From contig CM059431.1 in assembly GCA_030390025.1 (NCBI GenBank), positions 155,312,001 to 155,376,000 of the forward strand: a stretch of 64,000 nucleotides of DNA, read 5' to 3'. Positions 49,230-61,362 of this stretch are shown here, piece by piece. The DNA comes from Squalus acanthias. Its lineage: Eukaryota. Every line of letters starts with the position of its first letter. Within the stretch, counting starts at the first letter, position 1. The notes under the pieces were generated by a model. The model was not told the DNA's origin and did no database searches. It saw only the letters and a program-made list of their open reading frames with translations. A program made the translations under genes and the position numbers.

Positions 49230-49620
49230 TGTGTGGTGTGGCTGGGTAAGTCGATTGTCAGTGTCGGGCTGGGTAAGTGCGGTGTTGGGTTGGGTGAGTG
49301 GGGTGTTGGGCTGGGTGAGTGCGGTGTTGGGCTGGGTGAGTGGGGTGTTGGGATAGGTGAGTGCGGTGTTGGGCTGGGTGATCAAGGTGTTGGACTGGGT
49401 GAGTGCGGTGTTGGGCTGGGTGAGTGGTGTGTTGGGCTGGGTGAGTGCGGTGTTTGGCTGGGTGAGTGCGGTGTTGGGCTGGGTGAGTGGGGTTTCGATA
49501 TTGGGTTGGTTCAGTGGGCTGTCGGTGTTGGGCTGGGTAAGTGGGTTGCCGGTGTGGGGCTGAGTCAGTGAGGGAGTCGGGGCTGGTCAGTGAGGGTTTC
49601 GGGCTGGGTCAGTGAGGGTT
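49230..49620 (+). repeat. G-rich minisatellite, 21-mer variant (gggctgggtgagtgcggtgtt)
   Basis: Tandem 21-mers at ~49265-49490. Confidence 0.9.
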
Positions 49621-49689
49621 TCTTACAATACTCCTGTGCAGTGCCTTGGGACGTTTTAGTACATTATAGTAGCTATAGAAATAAAAGTT

Positions 49690-52600
49690 GTTGATATAAG
49701 ACAAACATTTGACACCGTGCTACATAAGGAGAAATTAGCGCAGATGTCTAAATGTTTGGTCAAACAGGTAGGTTTTAAGGAGCGACTTAAAGGAGGAAAG
49801 AGAGTTAGAGAGGTGGAGAGGTTTAAGGAGGGAATTCCACAGCTTAGGGCCTTGTCAACTGAAGGCACGGCCACCAATGGTTGAGCAAAAATAATCATTG
49901 ATGCTCAAGTGGGCTGAATTAAAGGAACGCATCTATCTCCCGGTGGCGGGGGGTGAGGCTGGAAGAGATTAGAGAGAAGGAGGTGTGAGGCCTTGGAGGG
50001 AATTGAATAGAAGGGTGAGAATTTTGAAATCGAGGTGTTGCTTAACCGTGATCCAATGTAGGTCAGCGAGCAAAGGGGCGATGGGTGAATGGGACTTGAT
50101 GCGAGTTAGGCACTGGCACCCGAATTTTGGATGACCTCTAGTTTACATACGGTAGAATGTGACAGGTCAGCCAGGAGTGTGTAAAAATAGTCAAGTCCAG
50201 AGGTAACAAAGACATGAATGAGGGTTTGAGCAGCAGATTTGCTGATACTGGGGTGGAGACGGGCGATGTTATGGAGGTGGAAATAGGCGGTCTTATTTAT
50301 GCCGCGGATATGTGGTCGGAAGCGCATTTCTGGTTCAAACATGACACAAAGCTTGCGAAGGGTGTAATTTGGCCTCAGACAGATGTTAGGGAGAGGGATG
50401 GAGTCGGTTTTTTGGGGAAAGAAAACAATGTCGTCCCAATATTTAACGGGAGAACGTTTCTGCTCATCCAGAACTGACTGTCGGGCAAGCAGTCTTACAG
50501 TTTAGAGACAGTGGAGTTGTCGAGAGAAGTGGTGGTGAGGTACAGCTGTGTGTGGTCGTCATTCATGTGGAAACTGACGCTGTGTTTTCCGATGATGGCG
50601 TCAATGGGCTGGATGCAGATGAGAAATAGCAGGGGGCCAAGGATAGATTATTGGGGGTCAGCAGAGGTAACGATGCGGGAGCAGGAAGATAAAGCATTGC
50701 AGTTGATTCACTGGCTATGATAAATAAGGGTTGTACCACGCGAGTGCAGTTCCTCCCAGCTGCACGATGGTGGAAAGCCGTTGGAGGAGTGTGGAGTGGT
50801 CAATCATGTCAAAGGCTGCTGAGAGGTCGAGAAGGACGAGGAGGGGAGGTTTGTCTTTGTCGCAGTCACAAAGGATGTAATTTGTGACTTCGGCTACAGC
50901 AGTTTCGGTACTGTGGCAGTGGTGGAAACCTGATTGAAGGGATTCAAACATCGAGTTCCCAGAATGATCTGCCTGGATTTGGGAGGCGACAATAAGTTCA
51001 AGGACTTTGGAGCGGAAAGGGAAGATAGAAATGGGGCGATATTTTTCAAGGACGGATCAGTCGAGGGTTGCTTTTTGCGGAGAGTGATGACGTCAGATTT
51101 GAAGGAGACAGGGACAGTACCGGAGGAGAGAGAACCGTTAACAACGTCAGCCAGCAAAGGAACCAGAAAAGGGAGCTGGAAGTGGGTCTCATGGATAAGA
51201 TGGCGCTGCAAGGTGAGCAGCGGAGATTGGAGAGAAACTGGAGAAAGATTCGAGTTCAGGGCTATGGTAGGGGGGAGACTTAGGGGAAGATTGGCCCGGA
51301 CGGCTAAGGAAAGGAAGAGAAGTGGCAGAGGCAGCTGATCCAATGGTCACAATCTTAGAGAAAAAGAAGTTCATGAGCTCCTCGCACTTGTTTATGGAGG
51401 TGAGTGTGTAGGAGACAGGGGATAGTGGCTTAAGAAAATTGTTAGCATTGGAGAATAGAAGCCGGGGTTTAGCATTGGAATCCAGAATGATTCTGGAATA
51501 GTGAGCAATTTTGGCAGACGAGAGGAGGACCGAATAATGCTTTATGAGGTCCAGCCAGATCTGGCAGCAAATGGCTAAACTTGTTGTCCGACATATCCGT
51601 TCAAGTCTGCGTCTCTTGGACTTAAGGGAGCGAAGGTGAACGCCGTACCAGTTGGAACAGCCAGGGTGAGACAGTTAAATTGATTTAATAGGGACAACAG
51701 CATCGAAGGTGGTGTTGAGGGTGTGGTTGACCAGATCGGTAGCTGCAGAAATGTTGTGATGAATGGAGGGCCAAAGGCTGGAGAGTTGGGATTTCGTAAG
51801 TGCAGTTGTAAGAGAGTTGGGAGAGGATTTATCAACGATTAACACGATGGGAGTATTGAGGCCACGAAAGCTGGTAAGGTCGAGGGATTGGCCGTGAATA
51901 TGGACTTGGGAGTTTACATGGAGGGAGAGATTAAGGGATTTTGCAGGGAAATGGACTCAGAGGAGTGAGAGCATGTTGAATTGAGATGGAGGTTGAAATC
52001 ACCAAGGATATGATGTGGATTGGTGCAGATTGTGAGGTAGGAAAGCAGTGAATATATCTCGGTGATAAAATTATAATGGTACTTGGGTGGGCGATAGAGA
52101 ACGTGAATTCTAAATGAGGTGAGAGTGGTGGAATAAGGTGAAATGCTCAAAGGAGGAGAAAGTGATGGAGGATTAGGGGGATAGATCAAGGTATGATTTG
52201 GTAATGAGAGCCACAATACTGCCATGGCTGTCTGGAGTGGGCAAGTGTTGGAAGGCACAGCAAGGTGGCGATGATTCACTGAAGGGTAAGGTGTCATCAA
52301 ACAAGGTTCCGTCAGGCTGATGATGTCTCTGCAATCATCCACGATAAGCTCATGGATGGCAAGGTACTTGTTCGCAAGATAATGGACATTCTAGAGGGAG
52401 ATGTGAAGAGTTTTGGTGATGTTTAACCAACTGCCAGTGTCCACAGGCTCAGCGCTCGGAGGGGTGAGTTGGATACGAAGGAGATTGGCAAGATTAGCCC
52501 CCAGCGGGCGGCTGGTCGGGAAGGTTGGCGAAAGCGTAGAATAATACCGTTGGGTTTGCTGCTCGTGAGGTGGCAGCAACGAATGCAACGGTGGGCCTTT

Positions 52601-52880
52601 CGGAGAATGCCAAGATAGGCACAGAGGGAAGCTGTAGAATTATCTAAGAGGGAGCCAAGGCTTGGAAGTCAGCAACAGGATAGGAAGGTCGCAGAGTATT
52701 GACAGATTGTTGTAGGGATTTGGAAGTGCAGTGTATCTGAGGGAGGAAAGATGAACGGACGCATAATGACAAGAGAGCAATCGGGGAGGGATAGAAATAA
52801 AAGGAAAAGGGAGAAAAATGTGGAAAAAAAAGTGACCGTTTCGGGTTCGCAGCGCCAGCCAACATGCACACGCAAGATCA
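49690..52880 (-). mobile_element. Degenerate L2 LINE (U6 copy)
   Basis: QSGFHHCHSTETA...LLVLLDLSAAFDMIDH; YRPP...LGDFNLHLN. Confidence 0.9.
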
Positions 52881-53124
52881 GCGGGACTCACTGGTGTTCA
52901 CTGGGCAGCTGTCTGTGGCACATCTGGTGTGGAGAGTTGATCGTAACACTCGGGAAATGCTCAATCCTGGAGATAACAGCTGGTGTACTGATGGGGGAGG
53001 AGGGACTAAATATCATGTTTAACAAGGCAGCGTTCTCCCTCATATTTTAATATTTACATCTAACCCTCCTGTTAGTATTATTTTTATTATAGTGCGTCGG
53101 AATCTGAGAAAGCCTGTCACCACC

Positions 53125-53188
53125 ATGGCTGAAGCTCCAAAGAGGGCAGAAGATTTGTCTAGGATCCTGAGAAGCAGCAATGACGCAC
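53125..53188 (+). pseudogene. First-exon copy 5 (MAEAPKRAEDLSRILRSSNDA) with donor GT->AT
   Basis: Acceptor tttattatag, ccaccATGg, 64 nt, followed by ataggt in place of gtaggt. Confidence 0.5.
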
Positions 53189-53510
53189 ATAGGTTCAGAA
53201 AATACTTTTAAATGTAATTTCTGTCCTCAAAAAAATCCAGATCCCGTGCAAGAACGTGCAGCTCACACAGGAAGATGGAACAGGTCAGGGGCTGAGTAGA
53301 AAGAGGGAAGTGAGTGACCATCTAGAGGGACATCGCAGTCACAGGTGGATGTAGACCCTGAGTACTGGAACTGTCCAATCGATAGCTGGTATTGGGGACT
53401 GTAAGGTGGATAGAGAGAGTGACTCAGAGGAGCGTCTTCCTGAGCATCAGTGTGGTACAAGGGAGCAGGAGGCCACCCCGAGTGTGATGAGAGGCAGGTG
53501 CGGCACATGA

Positions 53511-55346
53511 AAAGACAGTAAGAGCTTCTACGGGTATATACAAAGGAAGGGATTAGCTAAGGTAAACGTTGGTCGCCTAGAGGTTGAGTCTGGGGAATTA
53601 ATAATGGGAAACAGGGAAATGTTGGAAAATTTGTACAAATGTTTTGTATTTCTTCACGGGAGTAGACACTAAAAGCATACCAATAATGGATAATTAAGGG
53701 ATTTTTGGGATGGCGGGGGGAACTTAAAATAATTGCTATCACGAGAGAGAAAGTACTAGGCAAACTAATGGGACGAAAGGTGGACAAGTCCCCTGGCTCT
53801 GTTGGCCTGCATCCTAGAATCTTAAAAGAGGTGGCTACAGAGATAGTGAATGCATTGATTGTAATCTACCAACATTCCCTGGATTCTGGAGAGGTTCAAG
53901 CAGACTGGAAAACCGCAAATGTAACGCCTCTATTTAAGAAAGGAGGGAAACATTAAGCAGGCAACGATCGACTTGTTAGCCTAACATCTGTCATTGGGAA
54001 AATGCTGGAGTCCATCATTAAGGAAGTGATAGCTAGACATTTAGAAAATTATAATATAGTCAAGCAGAGTCAGCATGGTGTTCTGAACGGGAAATCATGT
54101 TTGAGGTTGAGCATAAAGGGGAAACAGTAGATGTCGTGCATTTAGATTTCCAGAAGGCATTCGATAAGTTGCCACATAAAACGTTACTATGTAAGAGAAG
54201 AGCTCACGTGGTTGGGGGCAATATATTAGCACGGAAACAGGATTGGATAACTAACAGAAAACAGTGAGTCGGGATAAATGGGCAATATTCAGGTTGACAA
54301 ACTGTAACTAGTGGGGTGCCGCAGGGATCAGTGCTGGAATCACAACTATTTACAATCTATATTTATGACTTGGATGAAGGGGTTGAGTTTAATGTAGCCA
54401 AATTTGATGATGATACAAAGATTAGGTTGGAAAGCAAATTGTGTGCAGAACGCAGAGAAACACCAACTGGATATAGATATGGCAATTGAGTGGGCAGAAA
54501 TCTGGCAGCTGTAGTTTAATGTGGGAAAATGTGTGGTTGGAAGGACTTTGGTAGCAAAAATAAAAAAGCAAATTATTATTTAAATGGGGAGAGATTACAA
54601 AATGCTGAGGTACAGAGGATCTGGAAGTCCTTGTACATGAATCACAAAAAATAGCATGCTGGTACAACACTTAATTAGGGAGGCAAATGGAGTGTTGGTC
54701 TTTATTGCAAATGGAATGGAGTATAAAAGTAGGCAAGTCCTGTTAAAACTTTGCTGGGCGTTGGTGAGACCACACCTGGAGAACTGCGTACAGTTTTATT
54801 CTCCTTATTTAAGGAAGGATGTACTTGCATTGGAGGCATTTCAGAGAAGCTTCACGAGGTTGATTCCGGAGATAAAGGGGTTGTCTTATGAAGAAAGTTT
54901 ATGCATGTTGGGCCTATACTCATTGGAGTTTAGAAGAATGAGAGGGCATCTTATTGAAACATATAAGATACTGAAGGGGCTTGACAGGTTAGACGCAGAG
55001 AGAATATATTCCCTCGTGGCGGTAATCTAGAACTAGTGGGAATAATTTCAGAATAAGGAGGCACACTTTTAAATCGGAAATGAGGAGGAATTTATTTTCT
55101 TAGCGGATCGTGAATCTTTGGAATTCCCTTCCCCAGAGAGCTGTGCTGTCTGCGTCATTGAATATATTTAAGGTGAAGAAAGACTGATTTTCGAGCGATA
55201 ATAGTGTCAAGGGTTACGGGGAGTGGGCAAGGAAGTAGAATTGAGGCCAAGATCAGATCAGCCATGATCTTATTGAATGGCGGAGCAGGTTCGAGGGGCC
55301 AAATGACGTACTCCTGCTCCTCCGTCTTATGCTATGTTCTTATGTT
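53511..55346 (+). mobile_element. Second CR1 insertion (5'-truncated, degenerate), specific to U6
   Basis: KVDKSPG.VGLHPRILKE, DWKTANVTPLFKKG, LYSLEFRRMRG; ttcttatg tail; splits the ORF1 remnant. Confidence 0.9.
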
Positions 55347-56419
55347 TAGGAAAATGAGATCAATAGTGTTCGGAGATTCTATAGTCAGGGCAAGAGACAG
55401 CCTCGTCTGCAGCCCTGAGCAGGTGCCAAATGGTAAGATGCCTACCTGGTGCTAGAGATTAGAACATCCTGGCACCGGTGGGAACATCTCTGGGAAGGAA
55501 AGGAGAGCAGAAATAACACATGGTCGGAATCAGTACCACAAATTGAAATACGTTTATAGATGGATTATTGTGACCGAGGCACTAGACTAAAGACAAAGCC
55601 TCAAGATGGTGATCTCTGGATTGATATGCACTGGACAAATTAATGAGGGAAATATGAGGCAGGTCAATGTGGGGCTGCTTGGCTGGAGTAAGAGGCAAGG
55701 GTTCAAGTTGTTGGGGGAGTAGAGTGAGTTCGGGGAGAAGGGAAGGGGCGGCCGCGGTCTGAAACCACCAACCACATCGGTTTCACAGAATAGGTGAATG
55801 GAGCAGTGGGAAGCTATCAACTGATATGACTGTAGGGTGGGAATTATCCGCTTGTGAGGCTACAGAGCGGAATTAACAAACTGTTGGAGCTGCAGCAGAA
55901 TATTTATGAAATAGTGAAAATTAATAGCTGGAATAAGGAAGGTTGCTGTCTAGCACTGAGAGATGAATTGACTTTGTTTAAAAAAAATGTACAATGAAAA
56001 GTATCAACATTCCAATGAATTGTATTTAGGATTGACTGTTATTCCTGCAAATGTACAAATCATTCCAATGACATTTGGAAAGTTAGAAGTATGAGAGATG
56101 TGTTGCAGTATCTATAGGACAGGGCCTGGGATTTCACTGCACTTAGAGAAATGTACCTGGCCATAATATTTTGAGGAGAGAAAAAAAAATTGTGGACGGC
56201 AGAATTAATAAATGGTTCCAGGACAGCGCGAGGAGAACAATAAAACAAGTGCATTTCTATAGCATATTTAACGTTGTAAAACGTCCTAAGGCGCTTCACA
56301 GGAGCGTTATCAAACATAATGTGACACGAGCCACGTAAGGAGATATTCGGACAGGTGACCAAAAGCATCTGCAAAGAGATAGTTTTAAAGGTGTGTCTCA
56401 AAGCAGGAGAGAGATGGTT

Positions 56420-57990
56420 TGAACACAAGAACGTTCCTGGAAGTTCTATTAAGATAGAATCCGCGCATTTTAAAAGAACATAGGGAGGAGGTACTATTAC
56501 AACAATTGAATAATTCGTTCGAAAAAGGTGTAATGCTGGAGGACTAGCAGGTGGCTAACGTTATAACTATATTTAAGAAGGGACATAGAACATATCTAGG
56601 AAATTATAAACCAGTAGCTTAACATCAGTGGTAGGAAAAATTATGGAATCTGTATTAAAAGAGAAGATGGAAAAAAATCTGGAAACCAAAAGTTTAATAA
56701 GGATCAGTCAATATGGATTTCAAACGGGAAAGTCTTGCTTGACCAGCTTCATTGAATTCATGGAAGAGGGATTAGAGAGAGTAGATAGGGGCAATGTAGT
56801 AGATTTAATATATCAAGATTTCTAAAAGGCTTTTGCTTAGGTGCCACATAATAAACTAATGAATAAGTTGAGAGCATGAGGGGTCGGGGGTCAAGCAGCA
56901 GAATGCATAGCGAGGTGTCTGCAAGACAGAAATCAGAGAGTAGGGGTAAAGGGTAGCTATTCAGATTGGCAGAGTTGGATAGTGGTGTTCCACAAGGATC
57001 ACTGCCAGGATAACTGTTCACAATTTATATTAACGATTTAGACTTTAGAATCAAAAACACAATTTCTAAATTTGTGGGGAACACCAAATTCGGAGAAATA
57101 TTCAATACAGAGGAAGACTGCAAGAAATTACAGAAAGACATTCGTAAACTTGCAGTTTGGGCATTTCATTGGCAAATAAATTTCAACATAAATAAATATG
57201 ATGTATTACATTTTGGTAAGAAAAATAAGGAGTTCACATATTACTTAGAACATAAGAATCTAAATGTTGTAGAGGAGCAAAGGGATCTCAGAGTACAAAT
57301 ACACAAATCATTAAAAGTTACGAAGCAGGTCAATAAGGCCATAACAAAAGCAAACCAAACACGAGTTTTTATTTGTAGAGGGATAGAATTGAAAATCAGA
57401 GAATTTCTGTTAAGCTAATATCTAACATTGGCTAGGCCACACTTGGAGTACTGTGTATGTTATGGTCGCCATGTTTCGAAAAAGCATATAGAGGCAATGT
57501 CGTAGGTGCAAAAATTATTTACAAGGATGATACCAAAATTGTGAGGATATACGTTTGTGGAAAGGTTGAACAGGCTGGTTCTCTTTCCTCCTGAAAAGAG
57601 AGGGTTGAGGGCTAACCTAATGGAAGTCTTTAAAATTATGAAAGGTTTTGTTACAGTAGACAGAGTGTTTCCACTTGAGGTTAAGAGCAAAACTAGAGGC
57701 CATCAGTATAAGATAGGCGCCAGAAATCTAATAGGGAATTCAGAAGAAACATCTTTTCCCAAAAAGTGATGAGAATGTGGAACTCTCTACAACAGGGAGA
57801 GGTTGAAGCGAATAGTATAGATGCATTGAAGGGGAAGCTAGATAAGCCTATGAGAGAGAAGGGAATAGAGGGTTATGCTGATAGACAGATGAGGAAGGAT
57901 GGGAGGAGGCTCGAGTGGAGCATAGATGGATTGGTTGGGCCAAATAGCCTGTTTCTGTGCTGTATATTTATAATTCTATGTAATCCATAT
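56420..57990 (+). mobile_element. Degenerate CR1 RT + 3' end (U6)
   Basis: SQYGFQTGKSCLTSFIEF, LRANLMEVFKIMKG. Confidence 0.85.
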
Positions 57991-58607
57991 GTACACATTT
58001 AAGCAATAAGAAGAGTATAAGCAATGTTCACCCTATTTTTTTTTGAGTGTGGCTCCCTTTAACGGTCTGCAGGGCCCATTCACAATTTGACGTTTCTGCC
58101 AAATATACCATAGAAAAGCCGGTAAGCGCTCTGCGCGGGATCTCCAGACAGCTGCGCAATCGTGCAGCTTAGCGGGAACCTTGCATTAGACGTGAGATCG
58201 AGCGGGAGCTGTGGGAAACTCATGGAGGGTGAAGGTTTGGGGAGATACACAATATTTACTTTGATGTTAGAAGTGAAAATGTTGATGTAATTGAGGAGGA
58301 TGTTGAGGTGGGTAAGTTACTGGGCCCAGAGATAATGCACTCCAGGCTATTAAAGGAAATCAGAGGGGTGATAAAATGGACTCTGACCTCAATTTTTCAT
58401 TCTCATTTAATATCAGAAATGTACAGCCAGGATCTTTGCTGTACGCCATCTCATACGGAATCAGTCCCTGGATCCTGCAGATATTGCAGAGGACATTCCG
58501 CTTGTCCGCAACCTTCTGCCAGGCGAGCTAAAGTGCCATCCTGTGTGCTCGGTGCCCTAGAGTACTCTGCCCGCCCTTTTGTGCCAGACAAGGTGCATTG
58601 ACATCCT

Positions 58608-58757
58608 GTTGGGTGGGGCTGGGTCCGTGGAATGTCAGTGTTGAGCTGGGTGAGTGGGATGTCGGTGTGGAGCTGGGACAGTGAGGGTGTCGGGACTGGT
58701 CAGTGAGGGTGATGGGGTTGGGTCAGTGAGGGTATCGCGACTGGGTCAGTGAGGGAG
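58608..58757 (+). repeat. G-rich minisatellite (short)
   Basis: Same family. Confidence 0.85.
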
Positions 58758-58829
58758 TCTTACAATACTCCTGTGCAGTGCCTTGGGACGTTTTAGTACG
58801 TTAAAGGCCCTATACAAATACAAGTTGTT

Positions 58830-61060
58830 GTTATAAGACCAAAATTTGTTACTGTGCCACATAAGGAAAAATTAGCGCAGATGACTAAACGTTTGGACAA
58901 ACAGGTAGGTTTTAAGGAGCAACTTAAAGGAAGAAATAGTGGTAGAGAGGCGGAGAGGTTTAGGGAGGGAATTTCAAAGCTTTGGGCCTTGGCAACTGAA
59001 TGCACGGCCACCAATGGTTTTGCGAATATAATCACAGATGCACAAGAGGGCTGAATTACAGGAGCGCATCTATCTCTGGGTGGCGGGGGGTGAGGCTGGA
59101 AGAGATTAGAGGTAGGAAGCTGCGAGGGAATTGAATTGAAGGGTGAGAATTTTGAAATCGAGGCGTTGCTTATCCGGGATCCCATGTCTCTTCATTTTAG
59201 GCAGTCCCTCGGTACCGAGGATTACTTGCTTCGTCACTAAAAATGAGTTCTCAGCTGACTGATGAGTCTAATGATTCTATGTTTCAGTTTTAGGTGGGGC
59301 AGACGATGGTTGAAGGCGGGGATGGGTGGGGTGCTTGGGTTGACGTGCGCTCCTTCTGCTGTCTGTGCTTACCTTCCGCTTGCTCCCGGCGAAGAGACTC
59401 GAAGTATTCGGTGCCTTCCTGGTTGCCAGTCTTCCACTTTGTCTGGTCTTGGGCCAGGGATTTCCAGGTGTCGGTTGGGATGTTGCACATTTTCAAGGAG
59501 GCTTTGAGTCTCTCCTTGAAGCGTTTCCTCTGCCATCCTGGCTCTCTCTTGCCGTGTCGGTGTTCCGAGATGAGCGCTTATTTTGGGAGTCTCGTGTCGG
59601 GCATGCGGACGATGTGGCCGTCCATCGGAACTGATCGAGCGTGTTCAAAGCTTCAATGCTGCGGATGCGGTCCTGAGCGAGAACACTGACGTTGGTGCGC
59701 CTATCGTGCCAATGGATTTGCATGATCTTGCGGAGGCAGCGTTGGTGGTACCTCTCCAGAAATTTGCGGTGCCTGCTGTACATGGTTCATGTCTCTGAAG
59801 CATACAGGAGTGCGGGTATCACTACTGCTCTTTTGACCAATTGCTTGGTGCTGGGTTTGAGGTCCTGGTCTTCAAACACTCACTTCTTCAGTCGAACGAA
59901 GGCTGCACTGGCACACTGAAGGCGGTGTTGGAATTCGTCATCGACGCCCTTGTTGACAGTCGGGTCCGAGTTATGGAAAGTGGTCCGCATTGTCCAAGGT
60001 CAGCGAGCACAGGCGTGATGGGTGAATGGGACTTGGTGCGAGTTAGGAAATGTCCGTGAATATGGGTTTGGGAGTTTACATGGAGAGAGAGAATAAGGGA
60101 GTTTCCAGTGCAATGAACTCAGAGGAGAGAGACCATGATGAATTGAGATGCAGGTTGAAGTCACCGAGGATGAGAAGTCGCGTGTTGCAGATGCTGAGGG
60201 CGGAGAGCAGTGAAGCTATCTCTGTGACAAAATTATAATGGTACTTGGGTGGGCGATATTGAAGGAGAATTTTAAATGAGGTGAGCGTTGTGGAATAAGG
60301 TGATTTGCTCAATGGAGGAGAAAATGGCGGAGGAGTACGGGAACAGACCAAGGTGTGATTTGGTAATGAGAGCCGCACTGTCGCCATGCCTGTCTGGGCT
60401 GAGCAAGCGGTGGAATGTATAGCCAGGCGGGTAGGGTTCATTTGAGAGTAAGACGTCATAAACCCTCAGCCAAGTTTCCGTCACGGCCATAATGTCCATG
60501 CAATCGTCCACGGTAAGCTTATGGATGACAAGAACCTTGTTTGCAAGGGAATAGACATTCTGGAGAGAGTTGCGGAGAGATTCGGTGATGGCTCACCACT
60601 GCCAGTGTCCAGAGTGTCAGCGCTGGGAGTGGTGCGTTGGACGGGAAGGAAATTGGCAAGATTGGCCCCCAGCGGGCGAGCTGGACGGGAAGGTCGGCGA
60701 AAGAGTAGAATAATACAGTTGGGGTTGATGCTCGTGAGGAGGCAGCAACGAGTGCCACCGTGGGCCTTTCCGAGGATGCCAAGACAGGAACAGAGGAAAG
60801 CTTTAGCGTTATCTAAGAGGGAGTCAAGCCTGGGAAGTAAGTAGGAGAGCAGGAAGGTCGGAGAGTGATGAAGGGTTTGTGTAGGGATTTGGAGGTGCAG
60901 TGTAAGAGAGAGAGGAGAGATGGAAGGAGTCATAATAACAGGAGAGAGCGATCAGCGAGGGATTGAGAGAAAAGGAAAAGGGGGGGGGGGGGAAGTGGAA
61001 ATGTAGGTGTACGGTGCGGGTCCGCAGCGCCAGCCAACATGCACAAGCAAGATCAGCGGG
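58830..61060 (-). mobile_element. Degenerate L2 LINE (U7 copy) with RT region deleted and an RTE inserted
   Basis: DIMAVTETWL, YRPP, LILGDFNLHLN; junction near 60048 skips the RT. Confidence 0.85.
59188..59996 (-). mobile_element. RTE-clade LINE 3' fragment
   Basis: LERYHQRCLRKIMQIHW; splits the L2 sequence cccatgt|aggtcagcgag. Confidence 0.9.
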
Positions 61061-61298
61061 ACTCACTGGTTTTCACTGGGCAGCTGTCTGTGTCACACCT
61101 GATGTGGAGTGTACATCGTAACACTCGGGAAATGCTCGATCCCGGAGCTAACAGCTGGTGTACTGATGGGGGATGAATGACTTGAGATCATGTTTACCAA
61201 GGAAGTGTTCTCCTTCACATTTAAATATTTCCATCTAATCCTCCTGTTAATATTATATTTATTAAATGCGTCGGAATCTGGGAACGCCTGTCAACACC

Positions 61299-61362
61299 AT
61301 GGCTGAAGCTCCAAACAGGGGAGCTGATTTTTCCAGGAGCCTGAGCAGGAGCAAATACGCAG
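61299..61362 (+). pseudogene. First-exon copy 6 (MAEAPNRGADFSRSLSRSKYA+G) with lost acceptor AG
   Basis: acaccATGg, 64 nt, donor cag|gtaggt intact; upstream tttattaaa replaces tttattacag. Confidence 0.5.
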
